IMG/VR virus record: IMGVR_UViG_3300020049_011007
Direction: 5' to 3' (one strand)
Length of the DNA: 45,960 nucleotides
DNA from: a virus
The translations under genes and the position numbers were made by a program. The number at the start of each line of letters is the position of its first letter. Positions within the stretch are counted from its first letter, which is position 1. Positions 9,200 through 18,929 of the stretch are shown piece by piece. The notes under the pieces are model-generated. The model was not told where the DNA came from, did no database searches, and saw only the letters and a list, made by a program, of their open reading frames with translations.

Positions 9200-10111
9200 T
9201 TAGATATTACCGCAACCTACAATACCTCTAAAGTCAGTCCATAAGAATGAGTTTCTGAAAAAGATTTTGTATTTGCTAACTTCTGCGTCGAAAGCTGAAT
9301 CCATAGAGAATTCTGGAGCAGTTCTTTCGAAGTATTTCAAACCATCTGGACAGTCAGTTAAGACGTAGTACATAGTGGTTGAAGTTAAGTATTTGTTAAC
9401 AATGAAACCTTCATCGAAATCACCAAGAGAGGCAATGGCGTTCAAGTCGTTGTTAGCAGTACCACTGCGAAGAGGTGAGCGAGTGATTCTTTCTGCTTGG
9501 TGTTTCAAAGCAGTTGGAACTACAAGCTTCTTAGTGTTGATGTTAGCAATGTTTCCATTGTAATCTTTCATGTTAAGAGCAAGTACGTTCAAGTCTTCAA
9601 GAGCAGCTTCTGACATGGCAACTTGGTTAGCCAAGGTATTAGCTTGGTTGCCAGTTTTAGTTGGGTGAGAAAGAGAGATTAATTCAACTCCATCGCCACC
9701 AACATAAGAAGAGTTATAAGCACGGTTGAAGATATTAGCTCCTTGGTACTCGTTAGTTCTTTTAGCAGCAGTAGCCAATTGACCCATGTATTTTTTCATT
9801 AGGTCGATTTCTTTACCGTCGTCTTTAGCTTCTTTACTAATTTGGAAACCACCACCGAATGAGTTGTGGTTGTAAGTAGTAGTAAATTGTTGAGACGCAG
9901 TTTGGTAAGAAATATTTTGAGCTTCTGGTTTAGCTGGAATAACTGTGAAGTTATCAGTTAAAACATCTAATTCAAACGAACGGTCTGAAGTTAGTTTCTC
10001 AAAAAGTGGTTCCCATTGTGCAGGCCCCATATCAAGTTCACCATAAAACTTAGTAGCGTAGTGTTTGATGCTGTTAGTAGGGAAATTACCCTTAACCATA
10101 ATGTTAGACAT
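9200..10111 (-). CDS. Major capsid protein (HK97-fold candidate)
   Basis: 303 aa, positioned after scaffold-like genes and followed by a strong hairpin. The composition is typical of an MCP. No database check was done. Confidence 0.6.
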   Translation of the reverse strand: MSNIMVKGNFPTNSIKHYATKFYGELDMGPAQWEPLFEKLTSDRSFELDVLTDNFTVIPAKPEAQNISYQTASQQFTTTYNHNSFGGGFQISKEAKDDGKEIDLMKKYMGQLATAAKRTNEYQGANIFNRAYNSSYVGGDGVELISLSHPTKTGNQANTLANQVAMSEAALEDLNVLALNMKDYNGNIANINTKKLVVPTALKHQAERITRSPLRSGTANNDLNAIASLGDFDEGFIVNKYLTSTTMYYVLTDCPDGLKYFERTAPEFSMDSAFDAEVSKYKIFFRNSFLWTDFRGIVGCGNI

Positions 10112-10136
10112 TGTTTAGATTCCTTTAAATTAATAA

Positions 10137-10733
10137 TTAAACACCAGCGACGATGTTAGCGTCAGTGTGATTGTTGATTTTAACCAACCATTCAGCAGCA
10201 AGAGCCAATTCGTTTCCTACTCTGTTGTTCAGACCAAGAATTTTAAGTTGGAAAGTCGCATCAGTAGCAGGAGCTGAAGTATCAAGAGTTGTTGAATCTA
10301 AGCCTGTAAAAGCATTAACGGTTCCAACAGTTAGGTTAGCGTTCAAACCTACAGTAGTCACAGCCAAAAGGTTTGCACCATCATCAATGATAGTAAATTT
10401 TTGCTCAGGGTGATCCGCAACATAAGCGATACGTTGAGTGTTAGCAGCGTTGTAGCCCGCAACAAACAAATTAGTTGGGATAAGCTCGAAACCAACAATA
10501 GCGCCAGTCAATTTGTTGCCATCGCCAGAAGTAGCTACTGCGATAGAAGCTAAAGTTCCAGCTGGATAAACTTGACCGTTGATAGTGTTAACTGAGTTTG
10601 AAGTACCAGATCTAATTACTGGAGTACCGATACCCAAAGAAGCTAGAGAAGCTGGAACGTAGTAAGGATTAACGGAGATAAGGCCGCTAATTCTGCAAGG
10701 TTTTAAACCATAAGCAGCTGTATTATTTGCCAT
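10137..10733 (-). CDS. Capsid-module protein (decoration or second capsid component)
   Basis: 198 aa, Ala/Gly/Thr/Asn-rich, immediately upstream of the MCP and preceded by a 131-nt intergenic region with hairpins. Confidence 0.4.
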   Translation of the reverse strand: MANNTAAYGLKPCRISGLISVNPYYVPASLASLGIGTPVIRSGTSNSVNTINGQVYPAGTLASIAVATSGDGNKLTGAIVGFELIPTNLFVAGYNAANTQRIAYVADHPEQKFTIIDDGANLLAVTTVGLNANLTVGTVNAFTGLDSTTLDTSAPATDATFQLKILGLNNRVGNELALAAEWLVKINNHTDANIVAGV

Positions 10734-10864
10734 TGTAAAAAATATTTGAATTGAAGAAATTATTATTCTTCTAGATCATCAGAAGAGGAGCCATCAAGGG
10801 AGTGTTTACATCAAAGTTCTCTTTTTGCTTAAGTGAAAAAGAGAGAAAAAGCCTTATGAATCAA

Positions 10865-11473
10865 TTATCGAGAAGTAATCACCTTTCCAGCGGCACCACC
10901 AAGCTTCATTTGCTCAGTAGCGTAAATTCCGCTGTCTTCGGATGGTTTTCTCAGAATTTCTTGTTCCTTTTCCGTGATTGCGTTTTGCTTCATTCTTTGG
11001 ATTTCTTTAAATTTAGAAATCGGCATCCACATCGCATAGCTCATGTAAGCTGAACCATCAGGTCTGTATCCAGAGTGCGTTGGGATAGCATGTTCGCAAC
11101 CTTTAGTATTAGTATCCACGAACTCATAACCTTCATTAATTCGATCAGAAATATTATGAGGTCTTTCGTCAGTTTCCCAGAAAATATGGTAGCTGCCTAA
11201 AACGTCTGGATCGGTAATGTAAGGGATTCGTGACGGACTTTTATCTAGGAAATCAGCGTGCTTTTTTGGCTTAGGAATCTTATACTTTCCGTCGGGAGAC
11301 GTAGTATATTCGACATCATCTTTTTTAGATTCTACAACCGCAGCAGGTGCATCAAGTTTTTTTTCTGCGCCGATGGGTGCTAGATTCTCTAGTGCATTTT
11401 CTTTGTCAAGTGTTATTTTCATGTTATTTTCTAAATCATTAATTTGTTTTGTTTTGGGAATTCCTCTAGGCAT
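10865..11473 (-). CDS. Hypothetical head-module protein
   Basis: ORF track; co-oriented and tightly packed. Confidence 0.55.
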   Translation of the reverse strand: MPRGIPKTKQINDLENNMKITLDKENALENLAPIGAEKKLDAPAAVVESKKDDVEYTTSPDGKYKIPKPKKHADFLDKSPSRIPYITDPDVLGSYHIFWETDERPHNISDRINEGYEFVDTNTKGCEHAIPTHSGYRPDGSAYMSYAMWMPISKFKEIQRMKQNAITEKEQEILRKPSEDSGIYATEQMKLGGAAGKVITSR

Positions 11474-11486
11474 AATTTATTTTTAT

Positions 11487-12464
11487 TTAATTGTTTCCGG
11501 GATAAGTTTTCATGAAGTCAGCTTCATTCTTAAAGACCCCAGTTCGTATCATTTGGCGCGCTTGATTTTTCTCAACGTCAGGAAGTTGTGAGAATGTCAT
11601 CGCAACTTTCTTATTAGCTGAGAAATTACCCGCTGTTCTTGCTGGCAATACTGCTGGCTTAGTCACTTTGGGAGCGAAGCGGTCTGGGAAAGAGATTTCG
11701 GCTGATTTAGTGATTAGCTCTAAACGCTCAGAAAGATTCAATTCAGGTCTGGTATTTCTCAAAATATCTTCTTGAGCAATAGCAAACTGCTTCATTTGAT
11801 TATCAGTCCAGAACCATTGATTTCTAGCGCCCCATTCTTTTACTTCAGGTTTTACATCCGTTTCTACAGGAGCTGGCTCTGGCTCATATTCTTTCAAGCG
11901 TAAAGTATTGTTTTGAATCTCTTGTCTTTTAGCAATCAAGCTGTCGTAGCGGTCAAAATCACCGTATTCTCTAGCTTCTTTGATTTGGGCTTCCAAAGAC
12001 TGTTCTTCGCCTTTAAGAGAGCGCTCAAAGTTCATCTTAGCAATCTCGGAAAGCTTACGCATTTCCTTCCGCATTTCTTCCATTTCCTTAGCGTTAGTTC
12101 TTAACCTTTCGTTTAGGACTGGTGAGTTGTCGCGAATAGTTGCGTTGAACTCTTTGTAATCTTTGAAGGGACGAGGAGAGCCATCTTTATTCTTGCCGCC
12201 GTAAAGTGATTCAGGTGACCAGCCATTACGTAATGCAAAAGCTTTCTCGTCATCACCGTTTTCTTCAGCGTCTTCGAGAGCTTTGTTAACTACGAACTTC
12301 TTGATTGAGTCGCGCTTTTCCTTTGGCACTTTAGAGAAGTTTAATTTCTTTTCTTCTAAGGCCTGAACAACTGAGTCAACGTCGTCAAAGTTGTCAATCT
12401 CTTGATGCACTTCTTCAACATGCTCTACTTGCTCAATGTTTTGGTCTAAAATTTCTTCTGACAT
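11487..12464 (-). CDS. Scaffolding protein candidate
   Basis: 325 aa, highly charged (E/K) and helical. It lies between the portal and the capsid genes. Confidence 0.5.
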   Translation of the reverse strand: MSEEILDQNIEQVEHVEEVHQEIDNFDDVDSVVQALEEKKLNFSKVPKEKRDSIKKFVVNKALEDAEENGDDEKAFALRNGWSPESLYGGKNKDGSPRPFKDYKEFNATIRDNSPVLNERLRTNAKEMEEMRKEMRKLSEIAKMNFERSLKGEEQSLEAQIKEAREYGDFDRYDSLIAKRQEIQNNTLRLKEYEPEPAPVETDVKPEVKEWGARNQWFWTDNQMKQFAIAQEDILRNTRPELNLSERLELITKSAEISFPDRFAPKVTKPAVLPARTAGNFSANKKVAMTFSQLPDVEKNQARQMIRTGVFKNEADFMKTYPGNN

Positions 12465-12470
12465 GATTAA

Positions 12471-12836
12471 TTAATTTGATTGATAAATGGCGCGAATTTC
12501 CTTCCAAGTGAGAATGCGGTAGAATTGATCGTCATCACCATAGATATTCATTCCTGCGTAAGGTTTAAAAACTACAGTATCGCCAATTTTAGGGGCTTTC
12601 TTAATATCAGGAAAAACATGCTCTCCCATCTCAACTACAACACCAGTGGTTGATTGGAAGGCTTCTGTTTCGATTTTAGAAAAAGGAATTAGGAGGCTAA
12701 ACGGGGAATCCTTCTTTTTAAAGGTAGGTTTGCCAGCTTGGTCTAATTCCTTGGTAATCTCAAGGCCTTCAGTAGGCTTTTCGATTAGGATAATTAGCTC
12801 TTCGTTTAATGGATGGAAGTTTGATTTATTTGTCAT
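12471..12836 (-). CDS. GroES/Cpn10-like co-chaperonin
   Basis: TTGVVVEMGEHVF...APKIGDTVVFKPYAGMNIYGDDDQFYRILTWKEIRAIY follows the GroES pattern (G.VvAvG.G...vkvGD.V.f..y.G.e......y.il...dIlAi). The ATG at 12836 is preferred over the track start at 12848. Confidence 0.5.
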   Translation of the reverse strand: MTNKSNFHPLNEELIILIEKPTEGLEITKELDQAGKPTFKKKDSPFSLLIPFSKIETEAFQSTTGVVVEMGEHVFPDIKKAPKIGDTVVFKPYAGMNIYGDDDQFYRILTWKEIRAIYQSN

Positions 12837-13146
12837 CTGCCTCCTCAATTTTTAATCTTGCGCAAATTCTAATTTGTCTAGGAGAAAAAGAGCCAGTAAT
12901 TGCTGGGTATTGCCTCCAAAGCAATTTATAAGATTTCTGCGGATTTAAAATTTTTGATTTAATATATTTGTTTAATTCGTCTTTAAAATTATCAAATATA
13001 GCATCAAGAGATGCGGTTTCTATTGAATTAACGTATTCTACAGCTTCAACAAGAAACGGGTCTCCTGTAAAATCATATTCGCCAATTTCTTTTATCTGAG
13101 GATATTTTGCTTTTATAGCTTCTGCTGAGAATACACTATTTGTCAT
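12826..13146 (-). CDS. Hypothetical protein
   Basis: ORF track; short overlaps with both neighbours. Confidence 0.55.
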   Translation of the reverse strand: MTNSVFSAEAIKAKYPQIKEIGEYDFTGDPFLVEAVEYVNSIETASLDAIFDNFKDELNKYIKSKILNPQKSYKLLWRQYPAITGSFSPRQIRICARLKIEEADDK

Positions 13147-13360
13147 CTTCTACCCCCTTATAGCTTTCAATTGCGTCAATTGTAGCTTTGAGGCTTTGAC
13201 AGACTCCAATCGCTCTTTGGATGGATTCTAAGTCTTTGTGGTAATTGCTACCTAGTTGTTCAAGGCAGGAACTCCTTTTGTCGGTAAGGACGCCAACAAA
13301 ATGTTGAGTGGCGGGATTAAAAGCCCACTCTTTAAACTCTTCTCGCGTTAGTTCAATCAT
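13136..13360 (-). CDS. Hypothetical protein
   Basis: ORF track; first gene after the portal. Confidence 0.55.
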   Translation of the reverse strand: MIELTREEFKEWAFNPATQHFVGVLTDKRSSCLEQLGSNYHKDLESIQRAIGVCQSLKATIDAIESYKGVEDDK

Positions 13361-13427
13361 GTCTAAATCAAGTTAATTAATCAAAATGTCTTGCTTTTTT
13401 AAGACAAGACGGGAAGCACAAGAGGTT

Positions 13428-15677
13428 TTAGTCAGACTCCTTTTTTTGAGATTGTTGAGTTGTTTCCGCCTCTTGTTCTTTTTGGTCCAGCTTTCTGTGT
13501 TCGAGCTTTATGTATTCATGCTCGGTGATCGCATCATGGTAGAGTTTGTTTGCCTCTAGCTTAGTTTTAAATTCGCGATCTTTCTCTTTATCTTGGATTG
13601 CGGCTTGTTTTACCATTGCATCAATTTGGTTGTCCAACACATCAAGTTGTTCTTTGCTTTCAGCTAAATCAGTGTCTTTGGCAATTTTGCCAGCAGTTGC
13701 TAGATTCACCATTGAGCGTGTTTGAATTTCAGCAGTCTCAGCTTCCAATTTAGCGATAGTTGCTTTAAGTTGTTCGATGTCTGCAAAAGCTTTTTGTGAC
13801 TCGATGTTATTCTTAGCGTCAAGTTCAGCCATTTTAGTTTGAGCTTGGATCTGAGCTATTTGTAAAGCAGGGTCAACTTGGGGCTGAGGAGCTACAACAA
13901 GTTTGTCGATGTCTGCAACATTAGCCGCACCGAAGATTCTTTTGCGTAGTTCGATTGGATCAGTGAACGGATCTTGCAAGAATGTCATGAAGAATTGCGC
14001 CATTGCCATTCTTTGGAAATTAGTCACTGCATCAATGTCAGCAACTGGGCAAATATCATAACCTTTCTTGTTAAAATCACCTTTTACATCCACTTCGAGC
14101 AAAGGTTCATCTAGAATCTCAGCATATTTCTCGTTTGTGAGATATTTGGAGTTCTCATTGTAAAGAAGGCGTAATTCGTCTTTTTCAGCTTTGTGGATGC
14201 GCTTGTAAATAGAGCGGAACTGTTTCATGCCTTGCTCAACCATTGAAATCATGGTTGTTGCTTGGATATTCCCAGAGTTTTCACCAGAAAGCACGTCAGA
14301 AAGCATACCTAAACCTTTCCCTGCGTCAATTAATGCGCCAAGAAGGGTAAATAAAACGCTTGAAGGTTCTGGGTGAGGAATTGGCACGATACCATTTCTT
14401 AAGTCATCGCTTCCAGCATCAATAATTTTCCATTCACCTGGAGCCAAGGCCATTCTTCCTGCCTTAGTCTTACCGAAACCTTTAGAAATAAAGCCACCGC
14501 CAGTGATGTTTAGATGTCCCGCATCAATCAACTGGTTCAAAGTTGTATTGATGGCATTATTCAGGTTTAAAAGTAAATGACCGAAACCTAGCGAAAAGAA
14601 AGAGCCATCAGGTGATGGGATGAAAGAGTAGTGCACAAAGTATTTTTGCGCTACGATGTCTTTGATTTCTTTCTTGCTGTTGTATTTGATGCTTTCTTTG
14701 TCAAATCTTTTGACGATTCTAACGACCTTAGCACTCTCAGAGTGAACGGTCACAATATACGGCTCAGGAAAACCGTCATCATCTAAATCTAACCACGTGT
14801 GCTGCTCTAAGAACGCATGAAGCTTAGTATTAGAAGAAACTTGCGTGGTTAAGCGCATATCCTGACTTGTCTGCTGCGTTGTGTTGTTTGATTCTTCTGC
14901 ATCTGATTCAAAATCAAAGTCGAAGTCATCAAACATTTCGGATCTAATCCGCTGCATTATCTCTTGTGGATAAAGCTCAATGATTTGCGTGACAATAGCA
15001 GAATCGATGTCTCTTGCGCCGTTATTAATAATCAATTTATCAGGAAAGATAAGCTCAGAAACGGGCATTTCTTTGATTGGGTCGTAATAAACCTTTTTGT
15101 AAAGGTCGCCAACACAAGGTAGAGAATTTACTAGTTTGTCAGTGTCTTTTTCCCACCAAGTTTGTTCTTCCATTAGTTGGAAGTTCATTGTGGTCGCAAT
15201 TCTATCACCGCGGGCTTTCTTAGCGCCAACATTCTGCATGATGGGTTTATTGTCTTCTGGATTCGTCATCGGAATGCCATCAGCATCTTTCATTTGCTGC
15301 CCATCATCCTTACCAATAACTTTGGCCTTTACAACTTGGCCATCTTTGATAATTTCAGGGTAGCAAGTAGCGCCAAACTCAACGCAAGCATTAGCAATTA
15401 GTGGGTAGATAATATTTGAAGCACCAACCCAAGGATAAGTTTTTTGCTCAGAAATAATCATCGCAAGCTTCATTACTTCTTGAAGCTCTTTCATCTTAGA
15501 TGAACACGAAGTTAGGTCGTTGTTGTAATCGCTGAAAACTTGTTGTGATATTTCTTTTTGAGTGTTTGAGTCTAGGATCTCGCAAAGGTTTTCTGCTTTC
15601 AAAATATCTTCAATAGTCAGCTTAACATCTGATTCAGCGATTTCTTGGTCTTGGTCGATTTGGTTTATTTCTTCCAT
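13428..15677 (-). CDS. Portal protein with a long C-terminal coiled-coil barrel (P22 gp1-like architecture)
   Basis: 749 aa, and its start overlaps the TerL stop by 1 nt. The last ~170 aa are heptad-like (AQIQAQTKMAELDAKNNIESQKAFADIEQLKATIAKLEAETAEIQ...). Confidence 0.8.
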   Translation of the reverse strand: MEEINQIDQDQEIAESDVKLTIEDILKAENLCEILDSNTQKEISQQVFSDYNNDLTSCSSKMKELQEVMKLAMIISEQKTYPWVGASNIIYPLIANACVEFGATCYPEIIKDGQVVKAKVIGKDDGQQMKDADGIPMTNPEDNKPIMQNVGAKKARGDRIATTMNFQLMEEQTWWEKDTDKLVNSLPCVGDLYKKVYYDPIKEMPVSELIFPDKLIINNGARDIDSAIVTQIIELYPQEIMQRIRSEMFDDFDFDFESDAEESNNTTQQTSQDMRLTTQVSSNTKLHAFLEQHTWLDLDDDGFPEPYIVTVHSESAKVVRIVKRFDKESIKYNSKKEIKDIVAQKYFVHYSFIPSPDGSFFSLGFGHLLLNLNNAINTTLNQLIDAGHLNITGGGFISKGFGKTKAGRMALAPGEWKIIDAGSDDLRNGIVPIPHPEPSSVLFTLLGALIDAGKGLGMLSDVLSGENSGNIQATTMISMVEQGMKQFRSIYKRIHKAEKDELRLLYNENSKYLTNEKYAEILDEPLLEVDVKGDFNKKGYDICPVADIDAVTNFQRMAMAQFFMTFLQDPFTDPIELRKRIFGAANVADIDKLVVAPQPQVDPALQIAQIQAQTKMAELDAKNNIESQKAFADIEQLKATIAKLEAETAEIQTRSMVNLATAGKIAKDTDLAESKEQLDVLDNQIDAMVKQAAIQDKEKDREFKTKLEANKLYHDAITEHEYIKLEHRKLDQKEQEAETTQQSQKKESD

Positions 15678-17287
15678 TAATAGCCCGTTGTTGAATTGCG
15701 TGTCTCGTCATTGAGACGGTCAAAATCTTCCTCATAGTCATTCGACTCAGGTAAGGGGAAAGACACGCGCAATTCATCATCTTTTATGCGTGCTAAAGCG
15801 TCTAACATGTCATCATGTTGAGGCGTTGGGAAGGTTAAATATTCTTCTTTAATGAAGATGTCAACAAGATTTTGCATTCTGCCTTCATAATTCACCTTCA
15901 TAATTTGGCGAGGTATATAAATCTTGCTTGCTTCAAAGTCTGGCACAAGCTTTCCAATGCGGTCAACCTTAGCCATTTTTCCCCCCAGTTCTCTAATTGT
16001 GAAGTGGTAGTTTAGCTGATCTTGTTTCTCTCTGATATGTTCAATGTCCGCTTGCATGCCATATTGTTCATAGCCCACATGAACGAACCCTTTGTTAATG
16101 TATTGTTTCACCAATTTAAACAAAGCTTCAGTTCTTTCTTTTAGATTCATGCGGTCGCGAATCATATCCACGATGTAGTAATTTTGGTCATCACATGCAG
16201 CGACAACAAACATCACTGTGTAGTCTGAGGATTTCTTTTTTGAGTTAGCGGGGTCAACAATAATGTAGATGTTTCCAGTGTAAGCCCTTGACCAACCACC
16301 ATAATATTTTAACCAAGCTTCTTTAAAGTTCTGGAGGCTTGAGGCTGTGGGATTCAGCAAAAGTTGGCATGAAAAGATGTATTCACCCATCAATTTACGT
16401 TTCTTCTCTAAATCTTCTTGGCTCATCAAAACTGGCTTTCCTTCTGCCGTGCCATCGTCAGTGCAAGGGTAAATTCGAGGCGTTGCAATCTGCTTGTCGA
16501 GCATCACTTGGTAAGTATCGTTGAAATGATAGCGCGTTCCAATGTAGCGAGTTAATCCGCCAGAGGTTCCGAGGTTAGAAGAAAGCTCCCATTTCTCGGT
16601 TGTTTTGAATATCATCTCTGGAGTTGTCACGTTGCCATCTGTCACAACGTCATCGTAAACCATCAAGAAAAAGTGCTTACCAACAGGCATGCCATCAATC
16701 AAGCCCCAAGCTTCAACCGTCGCTTCTTTTGGGTTGCCTTTTCTTTTGACGATTATGCCCTCATCTTCTGACCATTTAGTTGCTTGGCTTGCAGGCTTTT
16801 CGTGTAGAATGTCGGGGAACAAAGACTTTAACAGTTGGTTAGTTTCAAGCTCTTGTTTGATCTGACGCAAGAAGCCTTTAGCAAGTGGGCGAGTTGCAGA
16901 GAATATTCCAATCGTCACTTCTCTGTCCCATTCAGGCAATGGATCATCACCATGCGAAGCTAGGATATCTTGCAGTGATTTACCGAATGTTATGATTGTT
17001 GATTTGTAGTGGTTTCTCGACCATAAGTCTAAGTGATTATTTGGCGCAGCTTCTACTTCTTTGCATCTGTCTAGCAGCCATTGTTTAGCAATATCGTTTC
17101 TCTTGCATCCAAACCAAATCAGCCAGAATAAGTCAGTGCGACAAAGTAAGCGGTTGAGCTTTACCTTTTCCATCTCATCCTCAAAGCTTTCTAGTCTTTG
17201 GGCGAAGTCGAAGTATTCTTGCAGGGTTTTGTAATGCTTGAGGGGCGAAGGTGTTATTTGCAAGAAAAGCCTCCTCTGAAATAACAA
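15677..17287 (-). CDS. terL: Terminase large subunit
   Basis: Walker A-like WSRNHYKSTIIT, Walker B FFLMVYDDVV, and nuclease motif IYIIVDPANSKKKSSDYTVMFVV. The start is apparently TTG. Confidence 0.9.
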   Translation of the reverse strand: MLFQRRLFLQITPSPLKHYKTLQEYFDFAQRLESFEDEMEKVKLNRLLCRTDLFWLIWFGCKRNDIAKQWLLDRCKEVEAAPNNHLDLWSRNHYKSTIITFGKSLQDILASHGDDPLPEWDREVTIGIFSATRPLAKGFLRQIKQELETNQLLKSLFPDILHEKPASQATKWSEDEGIIVKRKGNPKEATVEAWGLIDGMPVGKHFFLMVYDDVVTDGNVTTPEMIFKTTEKWELSSNLGTSGGLTRYIGTRYHFNDTYQVMLDKQIATPRIYPCTDDGTAEGKPVLMSQEDLEKKRKLMGEYIFSCQLLLNPTASSLQNFKEAWLKYYGGWSRAYTGNIYIIVDPANSKKKSSDYTVMFVVAACDDQNYYIVDMIRDRMNLKERTEALFKLVKQYINKGFVHVGYEQYGMQADIEHIREKQDQLNYHFTIRELGGKMAKVDRIGKLVPDFEASKIYIPRQIMKVNYEGRMQNLVDIFIKEEYLTFPTPQHDDMLDALARIKDDELRVSFPLPESNDYEEDFDRLNDETRNSTTGY

Positions 17288-17616
17288 AAGAATTGACCAT
17301 CTTTCTTCTCAATCTTTGGCTTAACTCTCCAAAGGAATGTATCATCTTTGACGCGCTCGTTTTCTATTAAAGCTACAATGATTTTTACCATTGATTTTTC
17401 TAACTCTTGCAACCTGTGGCAGTCATTAACTGCGCCACCATAGGATCTAATCCTTTCATCATAAAGTTTGGTTTTAAGCTGCCTAACTTTATTAACCTTG
17501 AATAATAAACCAATCTTATGTTGTAGGCTCTTATTGTAGAACTCAATCAATGAGTCTTCGGGAAGGGCTGGAGTGATTCCGCAAACTATGTACTCAGCTA
17601 GAAGCTTTTTAATCAT
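17254..17616 (-). CDS. Possible terminase small subunit
   Basis: The call rests on position only: 120 aa, overlapping the terL start by 34 nt. Confidence 0.3.
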   Translation of the reverse strand: MIKKLLAEYIVCGITPALPEDSLIEFYNKSLQHKIGLLFKVNKVRQLKTKLYDERIRSYGGAVNDCHRLQELEKSMVKIIVALIENERVKDDTFLWRVKPKIEKKDGQFFCYFRGGFSCK

Positions 17617-17618
17617 AT

Positions 17619-17903
17619 TTATTTTAGACTAATTAAATATTCAGAGACTTCTCTAAAATCTTTTATACAATTCATGTAGTCAATTCTGTTGCGCTCTAGG
17701 TCATCCTCAATGCAATAGAATAGTTCCAAAATAGAATTTGGCAGAACAATCTTTATTCCCCAGTTATACCAATTAAAAATATTACTTGGATCTATTTCAG
17801 CCACGTTGGGAATTTTAAAAATAGCAACAATGGAATTCAAATCAACCACTACATTACTAGTATTGTTAAATTTAAAGAATTTAGGCTTCATCTGTTTACT
17901 CAA
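17619..17903 (-). CDS. Hypothetical protein
   Basis: ORF track; starts 6 nt after the tRNA-Thr 3' end. Confidence 0.55.
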   Translation of the reverse strand: MSKQMKPKFFKFNNTSNVVVDLNSIVAIFKIPNVAEIDPSNIFNWYNWGIKIVLPNSILELFYCIEDDLERNRIDYMNCIKDFREVSEYLISLK

Positions 17904-17909
17904 ATTAAA

Positions 17910-17985
17910 TGGTGCCAGCAGTAGGATTCAAACCCACGACCTCCGCATTACAAGTGCGATGCTCTATCAACTGAGCTATGCTGGC
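17910..17985 (-). tRNA. tRNA-Thr (anticodon UGU), CCA encoded
   Basis: Folded by hand. Acceptor GCCAGCA/TGCTGGC, D arm GCTC..GAGC, anticodon arm TCGCA-CTTGTAA-TGCGG, T arm GTGGG-TTTGAAT-CCTAC, discriminator A, then CCA. Confidence 0.9.
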
Positions 17986-17986
17986 A

Positions 17987-18062
17987 TGGCTGGCTTGCGT
18001 GGACTCGAACCACGAACAACAAAATTAACAGTTTTGGGCTCTACCAATTGAGCTACAAGCCA
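17987..18062 (-). tRNA. tRNA-Asn (anticodon GUU), CCA encoded
   Basis: Folded by hand. Acceptor TGGCTTG/CAAGCCA (U1-A72), D arm GCTC..GAGC, anticodon arm CAAAA-CTGTTAA-TTTTG, T arm CGTGG-TTCGAGT-CCACG, discriminator G, then CCA. Confidence 0.9.
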
Positions 18063-18068
18063 ATATTC

Positions 18069-18305
18069 TTAAACAATAATCTTAGGTTTATTAACCACAA
18101 TATTCGACTCCTGCTCAATCTGCGCTCCAATCCTCAATTTATCAGGGCAATTCACGCCCATTTGATGCACGAAAGAAAGGATGCCTAGAAGGTCTGAAGA
18201 AGTATCAAACTTAGGTTGCTTTAATACCATGTCAAAACAATCAAGCTCTTTGTTGTGAGTGATTGAGAAGAATTTGTTGTCTTGTTCTTGGATTTTATTT
18301 GTCAT
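18069..18305 (-). CDS. Hypothetical protein
   Basis: ORF track; leftward early operon. Confidence 0.55.
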   Translation of the reverse strand: MTNKIQEQDNKFFSITHNKELDCFDMVLKQPKFDTSSDLLGILSFVHQMGVNCPDKLRIGAQIEQESNIVVNKPKIIV

Positions 18306-18519
18306 TGTTATCTAGGAAGGTTTTTAGAAGTTTTGGGGCTTTATCAAGTTTGCAAATATCACTTTCATTTACATCGTGAAAGTTTTCTGCTTCATACATA
18401 ATTTTACCATCATACTTAATTAGTTTAATGGTGCCAACAATTGCTTGCAATAAAATGTTAGTGCCATTTTTCTTTTGAAAGAAAACAACCTTTTCGCCAA
18501 TTTTAAATTTTGTTTTCAT
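18295..18519 (-). CDS. Hypothetical protein
   Basis: ORF track; overlapping stop and start with its neighbours. Confidence 0.55.
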   Translation of the reverse strand: MKTKFKIGEKVVFFQKKNGTNILLQAIVGTIKLIKYDGKIMYEAENFHDVNESDICKLDKAPKLLKTFLDNNDK

Positions 18520-18784
18520 TTAATACCTCAGTTTTTTTATTTAGTTTAATGGATCTTTCTTTCATTAGTGCGTTTCTCTCTCTTAGTTTTATCTCCCAGA
18601 ATAAACTTCTTCTATAAGAAGTCTCGAAATCACCAAGAAAATGCTCTCCTTTGCTTCTATCAGGTCGAAATGGTTCATCTTCAGTCTTTAATTCTTTTGT
18701 AAGCTTCTCATCCGACATCCCAGCAAGTAAAGCCGCATATTCTCTGTGAGAGTTCTCATAAATCTCAATTTCGTAGTGATGCAT
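18503..18784 (-). CDS. Hypothetical protein
   Basis: The track ORF starts at a TTG at 18829. The ATG at 18784 (MHHYEIEIYE...) is preferred. Confidence 0.5.
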   Translation of the reverse strand: MHHYEIEIYENSHREYAALLAGMSDEKLTKELKTEDEPFRPDRSKGEHFLGDFETSYRRSLFWEIKLRERNALMKERSIKLNKKTEVLNENKI

Positions 18785-18929
18785 AAAATACCATTTGACT
18801 CTTAAAACTAAAAATAAAAGACTTGACAAATCCCCCCGTTTTGGAGGGGAAGGGGTGGTAGCGATAAGCTTATCAAACTACTGCTGTATGCGTTAGTTTC
18901 TAAGCGAAGCGGTTCCAGTTAAATCTTCA

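Noticed and set aside
17806-18051. 81-aa plus-strand ORF
   Set aside because: It runs antisense through both tRNA genes, so it is spurious.
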